A DNA stretch of 62,653 nt, counting the filler, from Actinomycetota bacterium (lineage in GTDB: Bacteria > Actinomycetota > Acidimicrobiia > IMCC26256 > VFJJ01), in NCBI GenBank assembly GCA_009886115.1. It is 3 parts of 3 records of this genome, joined end to end, with 100 filler letters (N's around TTAATTAATTAA, not from the genome) between each part and the next. Parts side by side here need not be neighbours in the genome. Positions count along the whole stretch, not along the records: positions 1 to 28,059 come from VFJJ01000041.1; 2 more parts are not named here. One strand, given 5' to 3'. How positions within the stretch are numbered: the first letter of the stretch is position 1; the number at the start of each line of letters is the position of its first letter. The position numbers and the translations under genes were made by a program. The notes beneath the pieces were generated by a model, which was not told the DNA's origin, made no database searches, and worked only from the letters and a program-made list of their open reading frames with translations. Shown here one piece after another: positions 1-8,512 of this stretch.

Positions 1-1
1 A

Positions 2-130
2 GCCCATGCGGAGCTCGCTCTTGGGGTTGCCGGCATCGAGGAGACCGCGGAGCTTCGTGTCTCCCTTGTCGTCGAGCCGTTCATGGGCTTTCGTCACCAG
101 CCGTCGAGCCCGATAGAGCGGATCATCTGG
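2..130 (-). mobile_element. ISL3-family transposase internal fragment (no N-terminus, runs off window start)
   Basis: Minus-strand translation PDDPLYRARRLVTKAHERLDDKGDTKLRGLLDAGNPKSELRMG resembles the DPLYRARR segment of actinobacterial ISL3 transposases. It has no start codon and begins immediately after the HNH gene stop. Not in the ORF track. Confidence 0.7.
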
Positions 131-136
131 CCTCTG

Positions 137-1516
137 TCAGGCTGCTTCGGAGTGTGGTGGTGGGCTCATGAGTTGGGCCAGCCATTTCCGGGTTGGTTCG
201 GAGAGCGACATCGGTTCAGATGGTGGCTCGTAGGGCTGTCCGTCGGGTTTGATGAGTGTGGTCTCGCGGGTTGTTTCGTCGATAGTCATGTTCCATTGGC
301 CTTCGTGGAGCATGTGATGATGATGCCAGCACATGGTGAGAAGGTTGTTTTCGTCGGTGGGGCCGCCATTGGCCCAATGGGTGATGTGGTGGTGTTCGAG
401 CCAGACGGTCCGGTCGCATTTGGGCCATCGGCACCGGTGTTGGTCGCGTTGGGTGACGACTCGGGCGAGCCAGGATGGGATGCGCCGTGATTCGCGGCTG
501 ACGCCGATGGTGTGTCCGGTGGTGTCGTGGGCGACGATCTGCCAGCGGCAGTCGCACGCCAGCCGTCGTGCGGTCTCCCCCGCGATCGCCCACCCGTTGC
601 CGATCGTGACCGGACCCCTGCCGCCTGGGCCACCCGGGCCGACTGAAGCTGCCGGATCTGGCGGGTCTGGCGGATCTGGCGGAGGTCCCGGGGTTCCCGG
701 GTCACCGGGCTGGGCATCCGGGCCGTCGGCAGCGCGGTCGACGTCGGGTCCACTGGGGGTGGCGCCGCTCGAGGCTGGGGCCGGGTCGTCGGCGAGGCGT
801 TCGGCGCCGATGTGGATGACAACGAGGGGCCGGGCCGGGTTCTGGGCCAGGATCTCGGGGTGGGCTTCGCACATGGTCACCAGCGCGTCGGCCATGCGGG
901 CGCCACGCCGGACCGGCTCGCCTTGTTCGAGACGGCCTTCTTCGGGAAGCTTGTCGGCCAGGCGGTTCAAGGTTTCTTCGACGATGACAGCCTGTTCTCC
1001 GGAGAGTTGTCCCCGGATCCGGACTGTCGAGTCGCGTCGGCGGGTGAGCTGCACGAATCGTTCCTGATGTTGGGCGAGCGCATCCTTCGGACTGACCGGA
1101 CGTAACGCCCGGCCTTTGACGACCGTGGAGTGATACGACCAGCCGGGAGCCTTCTCAGCCAACTCAGCATCGAGATCACCGTCAGTGTCGGTCTCGGCGG
1201 TTGCGACGGGGGCGAGGACCAGGAGCTGGTCCCACGACAGCCGACCCTCACGCCAGGCCTGCATCAGGGCCGGGATCGCCGGGGCCCGGGTCGCGATGTC
1301 GACTTCACGTCGTGCGGTGGGCAACGACAGGTTCGACCGGGCCGCGAGCCAGGTGGCGGTGTCGGGCATCCCGTCGAGCCGATAGCACTGGGACTCGTCG
1401 AACGCGGCGATCACGTCGATCAACTCGGCATGAACCGCGGTCATCAACGCTCGTAACTCGCCGAGCGTGTCGGCCAACTCCTCCGGTTCGATATCAGCAA
1501 AACGCGTCCCGTCCAT
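137..1516 (-). CDS. DUF222 + HNH endonuclease domain protein (13E12-repeat-like)
   Basis: N-terminal helical DUF222-like region, RRLACDC motif, and C-terminal RDQHRCRWPKC...HHITHWANGGPTDENNLLTMCWHHH HNH signature. ATG 1516 chosen because a -10 TATCAT lies 8 nt upstream. Confidence 0.9.
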   Translation of the reverse strand: MDGTRFADIEPEELADTLGELRALMTAVHAELIDVIAAFDESQCYRLDGMPDTATWLAARSNLSLPTARREVDIATRAPAIPALMQAWREGRLSWDQLLVLAPVATAETDTDGDLDAELAEKAPGWSYHSTVVKGRALRPVSPKDALAQHQERFVQLTRRRDSTVRIRGQLSGEQAVIVEETLNRLADKLPEEGRLEQGEPVRRGARMADALVTMCEAHPEILAQNPARPLVVIHIGAERLADDPAPASSGATPSGPDVDRAADGPDAQPGDPGTPGPPPDPPDPPDPAASVGPGGPGGRGPVTIGNGWAIAGETARRLACDCRWQIVAHDTTGHTIGVSRESRRIPSWLARVVTQRDQHRCRWPKCDRTVWLEHHHITHWANGGPTDENNLLTMCWHHHHMLHEGQWNMTIDETTRETTLIKPDGQPYEPPSEPMSLSEPTRKWLAQLMSPPPHSEAA

Positions 1517-1524
1517 TGACCGAC

Positions 1525-1546
1525 ATGATACCAGGGGGGTACGACA
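1525..1546 (-). promoter_or_regulatory. RecA-NDp/PafBC-type DNA-damage promoter of the HNH gene
   Basis: Minus strand reads TGTCGT-ACCCCCCTGG(10 nt)-TATCAT, matching TGTCGG-N10-TANNNT with one mismatch. Confidence 0.65.
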
Positions 1547-1864
1547 GTTATGAGCCCTCTCCGACCATAAATAGATTGAATCCGAGCCTCTGGCCATGAC
1601 CGAAGCCAACCATCGCCACATCGTGACGGGGGTGACGGAACGAGGTAGCGGGGGACTGACTCAACAGAGGCGCAGATCCGAAGGAGGGCGAGTTCCATCG
1701 GTGAAGGGACGCCGACTCTTCGAGCCCCTGCACCGCGACCGGTGGATCCCCTACCCGCTCACACGCCGCTCAGACGCGAAGAGCCCGGAGCGGCTGCTGC
1801 GGCCACCACAGCGCGCTTGCGGAGGTTCTCGGGGCCGAACCCGGCGGCGACCTACGCTCTGGCG

Positions 1865-2959
1865 GTGCCGGCGCCCGTCCACCAGTTCCTTCCCAAGCTC
1901 TCGCCGGGCGACGCGACCAGCCAACACGCGCTGCAGATTCGGCGCATCGTGCGCGAGCGCGGGCACCCGTCCGACATCTTCGTCGAGCACGTCGACGAGC
2001 GGCTGGCGACCGAGGTGGTTCCGTTCGGCGAGTACGGATCGCGAGCCCGTCCAGCCGGTACTGGCGACGTTCTCGTCTACCACATGGCGATCGGGTCGAC
2101 GCTGGCCGACTTCGTGGTCGACCAGCCGGGCCGGAAGGTCGTCGACTATCACAACATCACGCCCGAGCGGTTCTTCTTCGGCTGGAACGACGACATCGTG
2201 CACGGCTTGGCGCTCGGCCGACGACAACTCGCGGTCTTCGCCTCCGAAGCGGTGTTGGCCATGGCCGACTCGTCGTACAACCAGTCGGAGCTGCGGGCGG
2301 TCGGCTTCACTGCGACCGCGGTGGTGCCGATCCTCCTCGATCCCGATCAGTTCGGCCGGGAGCTCGATCGGGCGCTGCTCGGTGAGCTGCGTGATCGCAA
2401 GGCCGGGGGCGGGGCCGACGTGTTGTTCGTGGGCCGGATCAGCCCCAACAAGCGCCAGCACGAGGTGATCAAGGCGTTCGCGGTCTATCGCCGGGCCTAC
2501 GACCCCTTGGCCCGCCTCACGTTGGTGGGGGGATCGTCGTCCGACCGCTACCTCCGGGCGCTGCGCGACTTCGCCGCTTCGCTCGGGATCGCCGACGCCG
2601 TCATGTTCACCGGTGTCATCTCCGACGCCGCGCTCACTGCGCAGTATCGAGCGGCTGACGTGTTCCTGTGCTGCAGCGAGCACGAGGGGTTCTGCCTGCC
2701 CTTGCTCGAAGCCATGGCCAACGACCTCCCGGTGATCGCCGTCGCCGCGGCCGCGGTGCCCGAGACCCTGGGCGTGGCTGGTCTCAGCCTCGACCGGTGT
2801 GATCCGGCGCTGCTCGCCGCCGGGATCGATCGCCTCGTGCACGATCCGGCGCTGCGACGGTCGCTCGTCGCGGCGGGCCGGCAGCGGGTGGCCGAGCTGG
2901 CGATCGGGCCGTCGACCGAACGTCTGGTCGAGGCGTTGGGTCCGGTGATCGGGTCGTGA
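1865..2959 (+). CDS. Glycosyltransferase family 4
   Basis: GT-B motifs LFVGRISPNKRQ and SEHEGFCLPLLEAMA. GTG 1865 lies 6 nt after -10 TACGCT. Confidence 0.9.
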   Translation: MPAPVHQFLPKLSPGDATSQHALQIRRIVRERGHPSDIFVEHVDERLATEVVPFGEYGSRARPAGTGDVLVYHMAIGSTLADFVVDQPGRKVVDYHNITPERFFFGWNDDIVHGLALGRRQLAVFASEAVLAMADSSYNQSELRAVGFTATAVVPILLDPDQFGRELDRALLGELRDRKAGGGADVLFVGRISPNKRQHEVIKAFAVYRRAYDPLARLTLVGGSSSDRYLRALRDFAASLGIADAVMFTGVISDAALTAQYRAADVFLCCSEHEGFCLPLLEAMANDLPVIAVAAAAVPETLGVAGLSLDRCDPALLAAGIDRLVHDPALRRSLVAAGRQRVAELAIGPSTERLVEALGPVIGS

Positions 2960-4344
2960 GCCCTCCTGCGGCGCGGGCCGAGCCCGATCCCGAGCCTCTC
3001 CTGAGCGAGTCGGAGCGGCCAGCGACCGCGCTCGCCGTGCTCGCAGCGACCGCGGCCACCGCCGATCTGCGCTCGACGCCGCGGAAGCTGGCGTTGGTCG
3101 TGCCGCGATACGGGATCGAGGTGCGAGGTGGTGCCGAGCTCGGAGCGCGCATGATCGCCGAGCGTGTGTCGTCGATGCTGGGATGGCCGGTCGAGGTGTT
3201 CACCACGTGCGCGCTCGAGGCCACGACCTGGGCGAACGAGTACCCCGAGGCGACCGAGGAGATCAACGGTGTCGCGGTGCACCGATTCCGGTCGGCCTCG
3301 GGCCGCGCGCCGGGCTTCGACCGGCTCTCCCGCCGGATCCTCAACCGGCCGGCCATGACCTCCGAGGTCGACGGGCGGAGGTGGATCGACCGGCAGGGCC
3401 CGGTGTCGCCAGGGTTGCTCGACGCCGTTCGCGCCAGCGACGCCGACGTCGTGGCGTTCTACCCCTACCTGTACCACCCGACGGTTGCCGGTCTCCCGAT
3501 GGTTGCCGAGCAGGGGCGGGCAGCGGCGATCATGCACCCGGCGGCGCACGACGAGGCGCCCATCCGGCTGGCGCTGTTCCGGTCGGTGTTCGACGCGGCC
3601 GACGGGTTCGTGTTCCAGACTTGGGGCGAGCGGCGGCTCGTCGAGCGCCTGTTCCCGATCGCCCATCGGCGTCAGGTGCTCGTCGGGCTGGGCGTCGATC
3701 GTCACGACGCCGACCACGGTGCTGCCGCCGAGCACCTCGCCGCCGTCGGGGTCGGCGATCGGCCGTATCTCCTGTGCCTGGGCCGGATCGACGACGGCAA
3801 GGGGGCGGGTGGCCTCGCGCAATGGTTCGCGGCCTACAAGGAGCGCCATCCCGGTCCGCTGCAGCTGGTGTACGTGGGACCGGTCGTCAACCGCCCGCAG
3901 CCCCACCCCGACGTGCACGTCATCGGCGAGGTCGGCGAGGGAGCCAAGTGGGGTCTGCTCGAGCGGGCCGAGGTGCTCGTCAACCCGTCGCCCTACGAGG
4001 CGTTCTCGTTGGTCGTGATCGAGGCGTGGATGGCCGGGGTCCCGATCGTCGTCAACGGCCGCTGCGAGGCCACCGTCGAGCACTGTGACCGCTCGGGTGG
4101 CGGGCTGGCGTTCACCGGGTACGCCAGCTTCGAGGCAGCCATCGAACGCCTCAGCGCCGATGCCGACCTCCGCCGCCACCTGGCCGAGCGGGGGCGGGCC
4201 TATGTGGAAGCCGAGTTCGGCTGGGGGACGATCGTCGACCGGTACGGCGCCTTCGTGCGCACCGTCGCCGACGCCCGCGGTTCCCGCGGTTCCCGCGGTT
4301 CCGGGGTTTCCCGAGGTTCCCGAGGTTCCCGAGCTCCCAGGTGA
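2956..4344 (+). CDS. Glycosyltransferase family 4
   Basis: LALVVPRYG N-terminus, LGRIDDGKG, SPYEAFSLVVIEAW. GTGA overlap with upstream gene. Confidence 0.9.
   Translation: MSPPAARAEPDPEPLLSESERPATALAVLAATAATADLRSTPRKLALVVPRYGIEVRGGAELGARMIAERVSSMLGWPVEVFTTCALEATTWANEYPEATEEINGVAVHRFRSASGRAPGFDRLSRRILNRPAMTSEVDGRRWIDRQGPVSPGLLDAVRASDADVVAFYPYLYHPTVAGLPMVAEQGRAAAIMHPAAHDEAPIRLALFRSVFDAADGFVFQTWGERRLVERLFPIAHRRQVLVGLGVDRHDADHGAAAEHLAAVGVGDRPYLLCLGRIDDGKGAGGLAQWFAAYKERHPGPLQLVYVGPVVNRPQPHPDVHVIGEVGEGAKWGLLERAEVLVNPSPYEAFSLVVIEAWMAGVPIVVNGRCEATVEHCDRSGGGLAFTGYASFEAAIERLSADADLRRHLAERGRAYVEAEFGWGTIVDRYGAFVRTVADARGSRGSRGSGVSRGSRGSRAPR
4274..4338 (+). repeat. 9-bp tandem repeat (about 7 degenerate copies of CCCGCGGTT/CCCGAGGTT) encoding the SRG tail of the GT4
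   Basis: Read directly from the sequence. Confidence 0.85.
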
Positions 4345-4488
4345 CAGAGCGCTGAGCGTGACGAATGCTCGCTCAACGCGGTGGCTGGATTATGGGACGG
4401 TGAAGCACCAGGAAAGCCTGTCCCAACTTGTGTCCCAAGGGGTTTCATCCGAGCGCCCAAAGGTGTAGGAATGGTGTTGCACCGATCC

Positions 4489-4532
4489 CAGCCCGGTTCC
4501 GAAGCAACCCACCCCGCTTCGGAACCGGGCTG
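4489..4532. other. Perfect 17-bp inverted repeat (hairpin) in the intergenic region upstream of the SpoIID/LytB gene
   Basis: CAGCCCGGTTCCGAAGC, 10-nt loop, GCTTCGGAACCGGGCTG. No U-tract follows. Confidence 0.8.
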
Positions 4533-4667
4533 CCCCAATTCTCGGCCGGCGAGCTGGTCGCGGCCCAGGCTGGGTTTCAAGCCGGGCCCGCGCCGGGAGG
4601 CCGCTCCCGCCGGGCTACCGTGGTCGCCACTCGTGGTCGTGCCACACTGGCACCCGCGTCCCTTCGA

Positions 4668-6794
4668 ATGCGCGATTTCCTCCACGCTCGAACGGGTCGA
4701 GCCCGGCGCTGGGTCTCAGTGCTGCTGGCCGGCACCGTGTTCAGCCTGGCCTTCCTGGGCGGCTCCAGCGCGCCCGGATGGGCCCAGAGCCAGGAGCCGG
4801 GAGAACCCGGCGGCGCTGCCGACACGCTGGCGACCCAGGTCGCGCCCGAGCCGGTGACGATCGCCGCGGTCGGACCGACGTTGACGATCGAAGGTCACGG
4901 CTGGGGTCACGGCCGAGGGCTCGGCCAGTACGGCTCGCTGGGATATGCCTTGGCCGGCTGGTCGTCGCAGCAGATCGTCGACTGGTTCTACGGCGGTACG
5001 ACCACGGGTGCCGTCGATCCCGCCAGCGAGATCACGGTGCGGCTCACCGACTTCGACGGCGTCGAGACCCTCCTGTACCAGACGGCCGGAACGGTCGCCG
5101 TGGCCGCCGCGCCGGGCGTGGCCTCCACCGCATGGCGGGCCCGGCATCTCGGCGCCAACCAGTTCGAGGTGTCGATCTCGCCGACGTGTGCCGGGCCGTG
5201 GACGGTCGTGGTCGCCAACGTCGCCGGACCGGTCGTCTTCGACACGCCGGAGGAGAGCGACGATCCCGATGCGATGATCCAGGCCTGCGAGCCGGGCGGG
5301 ACCCAGCGGTGGTACCGGGGCGATCTCCTCGCCGTCGCCGACACCAACCTCAACCTGGGACGCACCGTCAACCGACTCAAGCTCGACCAGTACCTCCGGG
5401 GCGTCGTGCCGCGGGAATCGCCGGCGTCGTGGGGATCCCAGGGTGGGGGGGCGGGCATGAACGCGCTGCGCGCCCAGGCCATCGCCGCCCGGTCGTACGC
5501 CTGGGCCGAGAACCGCTACACGTATTCCGGCATGGCTGTGAAGACCTGCGACACGGCGTCGTGCCAGGTGTACCTGGGGTTCGGGTTCGCCCCGACGGCC
5601 GGTGCAGCGATGACCCGTCTCGAGGATGCCCGGAGCGACCAGGCCATCCTCGACACGGTGGGCGTCGTCCGGCTCATGGGTTCGGGCAGCGTGGCCCGCA
5701 CCGAGTTCTCGTCCTCGACCGGTGGCCACACCGTCCCGGGCACGTTCACGGCGGTCCCCGACGAGGGTGACGCCATCGCCTCGAACCCCAACCACACGTG
5801 GAAGACCTCGATCGCCACGAGCGCGATCGAGAACGCCTGGCCCACCATCGGCACGTTCACCGGGTTGACCGTCACCGTCCGCAACGGCCTGGGCAACTTC
5901 GGTGGCCGGGCCCAGACCGTCGTGATCTCAGGGACCGCTGGCAAGGTCACCGCCACGGGCAACGAGGTTCGCAGCCGGCTGGGGCTCAAGTCCGACTGGT
6001 TCCGGGTGTACCAGGCGCCGTCGGGGGGGATCGGCGGGTACTGGCTCGCCGACACCTTGGGTGCGGTGTACACGTTCGGCAACGCTGGCGCCTACGGCTC
6101 GGCGTCGACCCTGGCGCTCAACAAGCCCATGGTGGGCATGGAGCGCACGGTCTCGGGTGGCGGCTACTGGATGGTCGCGTCCGACGGTGGGATCTTCTCG
6201 TACGGCGATGCGCGGTTCTTCGGTAGCACCGGCAACATCCGCCTGAACCGACCGATCGTGGGCATGGAGCGCACACCTTCGGGCAAGGGCTATTGGATGG
6301 TCGCGTCCGACGGTGGGATCTTCTCGTACGGCGACGCGCAGTTCTTCGGCAGCACCGGGGCCATGGTCCTCAACCAGCCGATCGTTGGAATGGCAGCGAC
6401 GCCGAGCGGGAACGGGTACTGGCTCGTCGCGTCCGACGGCGGCGTGTTCAGCTTCGGCGACGCCCAGTTCTTCGGGAGCACCGGCAACATCAAGCTGGCC
6501 AAGCCCATCGTGGGCATGGCGTCGTCCCCTGATGCCGGTGGCTACTGGATGATCGCCTCCGATGGCGGGTTGTTCGCGTTCGGCAACGCCACCTACCGGG
6601 GCAGCCTGCCCGGCATCGGGGTCTCGGCCACGGCCGTCGGCATGGAGCCCACGCTCTCGGGCGGCGGCTACCTCATCGCGACCACCACTGGTGCGGTCCA
6701 CTCGTTCGGTGACGCCCCGGTCATGGGCGGGATCCCCGATGTCGATCCGGCCTACTCCGGCACCGTGCGCGATCTCGTGGCAGCAGCCGGGTGA
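4668..6794 (+). CDS. Secreted SpoIID/LytB-domain protein with six C-terminal GYW..DGG.F.FGDA repeats
   Basis: Signal-peptide-like N-terminus, GHGWGHGRGLGQYG, YLRGVVPRESPASW, ALRAQAIAARSY, CDTASCQVY, LGLKSDWF. Six ~42-aa repeats from about 6036. Confidence 0.9.
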   Translation: MRDFLHARTGRARRWVSVLLAGTVFSLAFLGGSSAPGWAQSQEPGEPGGAADTLATQVAPEPVTIAAVGPTLTIEGHGWGHGRGLGQYGSLGYALAGWSSQQIVDWFYGGTTTGAVDPASEITVRLTDFDGVETLLYQTAGTVAVAAAPGVASTAWRARHLGANQFEVSISPTCAGPWTVVVANVAGPVVFDTPEESDDPDAMIQACEPGGTQRWYRGDLLAVADTNLNLGRTVNRLKLDQYLRGVVPRESPASWGSQGGGAGMNALRAQAIAARSYAWAENRYTYSGMAVKTCDTASCQVYLGFGFAPTAGAAMTRLEDARSDQAILDTVGVVRLMGSGSVARTEFSSSTGGHTVPGTFTAVPDEGDAIASNPNHTWKTSIATSAIENAWPTIGTFTGLTVTVRNGLGNFGGRAQTVVISGTAGKVTATGNEVRSRLGLKSDWFRVYQAPSGGIGGYWLADTLGAVYTFGNAGAYGSASTLALNKPMVGMERTVSGGGYWMVASDGGIFSYGDARFFGSTGNIRLNRPIVGMERTPSGKGYWMVASDGGIFSYGDAQFFGSTGAMVLNQPIVGMAATPSGNGYWLVASDGGVFSFGDAQFFGSTGNIKLAKPIVGMASSPDAGGYWMIASDGGLFAFGNATYRGSLPGIGVSATAVGMEPTLSGGGYLIATTTGAVHSFGDAPVMGGIPDVDPAYSGTVRDLVAAAG

Positions 6795-8512
6795 CCAACG
6801 AGCACGCCGAGGGCCATGGCCACCTGATGGCTCCGGCCGGGGGTCGGCGCGGCGTCGACGCGAGCAGCGACCCTGGCCGCCTTGGCCCCCCTGGCGACGC
6901 CGGGTGCGTCGGTGCCGAGGCCCGCCCCAGCGCCGGGCTCGTCGATCGGAGGAGGCTCCTGCGCCGGGCGGGGATCGGGCTGGGCGTGTGGGCCGGGGCC
7001 TCGGTCGTCGGGAGCCGGGCGCTCGGGCGTGGAGACCGACCGTGGTGGGAGCGCGACGATCGCCGTGCTCCCGGCGATGGCAGCACCCTCGATCTCAGCG
7101 ACGCCGAGACGATCGCCGTGGTGGTGCCGGCGCCTCGGATCGTCACCCGCGCCGAGTGGGGAGCCGACGAGACGTTGCGCGACGGTGTCCGGTCGTTCGC
7201 CCCGGTCCGCAAGCTCGTGGTGCACCATTCGGCGACGGCCGTCGACGCCGATCCCACCGTCACCCTGCGGTCGATCCACCGGTTCCACTTCGAGAGTCGG
7301 GGCTGGAGCGACATCGCCTACAACTTCCTGATCGACCCGGCGGGGGTGGTGTACGAGGGCCGGTGGGCGCGCGACCATCTCCCCGGGGAGTTGCACGCCG
7401 GCGAGGCCTCCGACGGGCGGGGTGTCGTGGGCGCCCACACACTCGACCACAACACGGGCTCGATGGGCGTGTGCCTGCTCGGCACCTACACCGCCGCGGC
7501 CCCGTCGGACGCCGCTGTGAGGTCGCTCGTGTCCCTGCTGGCCTGGCGCAGCGCCCGATCGGGGATCGACCCGCTCGGCGACGACCTCTTCACCAATGGG
7601 GAAGGGATCACCCGGGCGTTTCCCAACCTGTGCGGGCACCGAGACCTCGGCGTCACGTCGTGCCCCGGCGGGGTGACCCACGCCATGCTCCCGAGCTTGC
7701 GGGTCAAGGTCGCGGCTCGGTTGCGGTCGGGGATCGTGGGGTACCGGATCCTGGCCTCCGACGGCGTGGTGTCGGCCTTCGGCGAGATCGACGACGTGGG
7801 CGATCCGGCCCGGGCCGGGCTGCGCGGCCCCTTCGCAGCCGTCGCCGCGGTCGCCAACGACCCGGGCGGCTACTGGGTGGCGGGCACCGATGGCGGCCTC
7901 TTCGCGTTCGGCTCGGCCGGTTACCACCGGTCGCTGCCCGAGCTGGGCGTACGGACCCGGGTCGTCGATCTGGCATCGACGCCGACGGGTCGGGGCTACT
8001 GGATGCTCGGGCGCGACGGCGGCGTGTTCAGCTTCGGCGACGCCGGCTTCCACGGCTCGGTTCCCGGCGTGGGCGTGGCTTCGACCGTGCTCAAGCTTCG
8101 ACCGACGCCGAGCGGCGCGGGCTACTGGGTCCTGGGTCTCGACGGCGGGGTGTTCAGCTTCGGTGACGCCGGGTTCTACGGTTCGGTCCCTGGCGTGGGT
8201 GTACGAACGCGGGTCGTCGATCTCTGGCCCACGTCGACAGGTCGGGGATACTGGGTGCTGGGCGGCGACGGCGGCGTGTTCTCGTTCGGTGACGCGGGTT
8301 TCCTCGGATCGTTGCCCGGGTTGAACCTGGCGGCCGTGGCGACGGCTCGGGCGCTGGTGGGCACGACGACCGGGGCGGGGTACTACGTGTTGAGCGATGA
8401 CGGCGGCATCTTCACGTTCGGCGATGCCCCCTTCCTCGGCAGCGCCGGTGGCTTGGGCCTGCGCACTCGCGGCGCGTCGGCTCTCGGCGTCGCCGTCGCG
8501 GTGCAGCCGTGA
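6791..8512 (+). CDS. N-acetylmuramoyl-L-alanine amidase (Amidase_2/PGRP-like), probable Tat substrate, with six C-terminal GYW repeats
   Basis: DRRRLLRRAGIGLG twin-arginine-like signal, IVTRAEWGA, VVHHSA, GWSDIAYNFLID, GAHT, CGHRD..TSCPG. Repeats from about 7739. Start uncertain. Confidence 0.9.
   Translation: MTNEHAEGHGHLMAPAGGRRGVDASSDPGRLGPPGDAGCVGAEARPSAGLVDRRRLLRRAGIGLGVWAGASVVGSRALGRGDRPWWERDDRRAPGDGSTLDLSDAETIAVVVPAPRIVTRAEWGADETLRDGVRSFAPVRKLVVHHSATAVDADPTVTLRSIHRFHFESRGWSDIAYNFLIDPAGVVYEGRWARDHLPGELHAGEASDGRGVVGAHTLDHNTGSMGVCLLGTYTAAAPSDAAVRSLVSLLAWRSARSGIDPLGDDLFTNGEGITRAFPNLCGHRDLGVTSCPGGVTHAMLPSLRVKVAARLRSGIVGYRILASDGVVSAFGEIDDVGDPARAGLRGPFAAVAAVANDPGGYWVAGTDGGLFAFGSAGYHRSLPELGVRTRVVDLASTPTGRGYWMLGRDGGVFSFGDAGFHGSVPGVGVASTVLKLRPTPSGAGYWVLGLDGGVFSFGDAGFYGSVPGVGVRTRVVDLWPTSTGRGYWVLGGDGGVFSFGDAGFLGSLPGLNLAAVATARALVGTTTGAGYYVLSDDGGIFTFGDAPFLGSAGGLGLRTRGASALGVAVAVQP

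Noticed and set aside
4345..4667. c-di-AMP (ydaO) riboswitch upstream of cell-wall hydrolases
   Set aside because: The expected conserved blocks (GAATCC..GGAAC.GGGGAACC, GTCAGCTAAC) are not recognisable.
4668..6000. SpoIID as evidence of endospore formation
   Set aside because: SpoIID/LytB domains are widespread in non-sporulating bacteria, and no other sporulation genes are present.
6036..6700. ~126-bp periodic DNA repeats (also 7870-8440 and 10270-10710) as a CRISPR-like or VNTR array
   Set aside because: They are in-frame, synonymously diverged coding repeats of the GYW module. There is no repeat-spacer structure and no cas gene.
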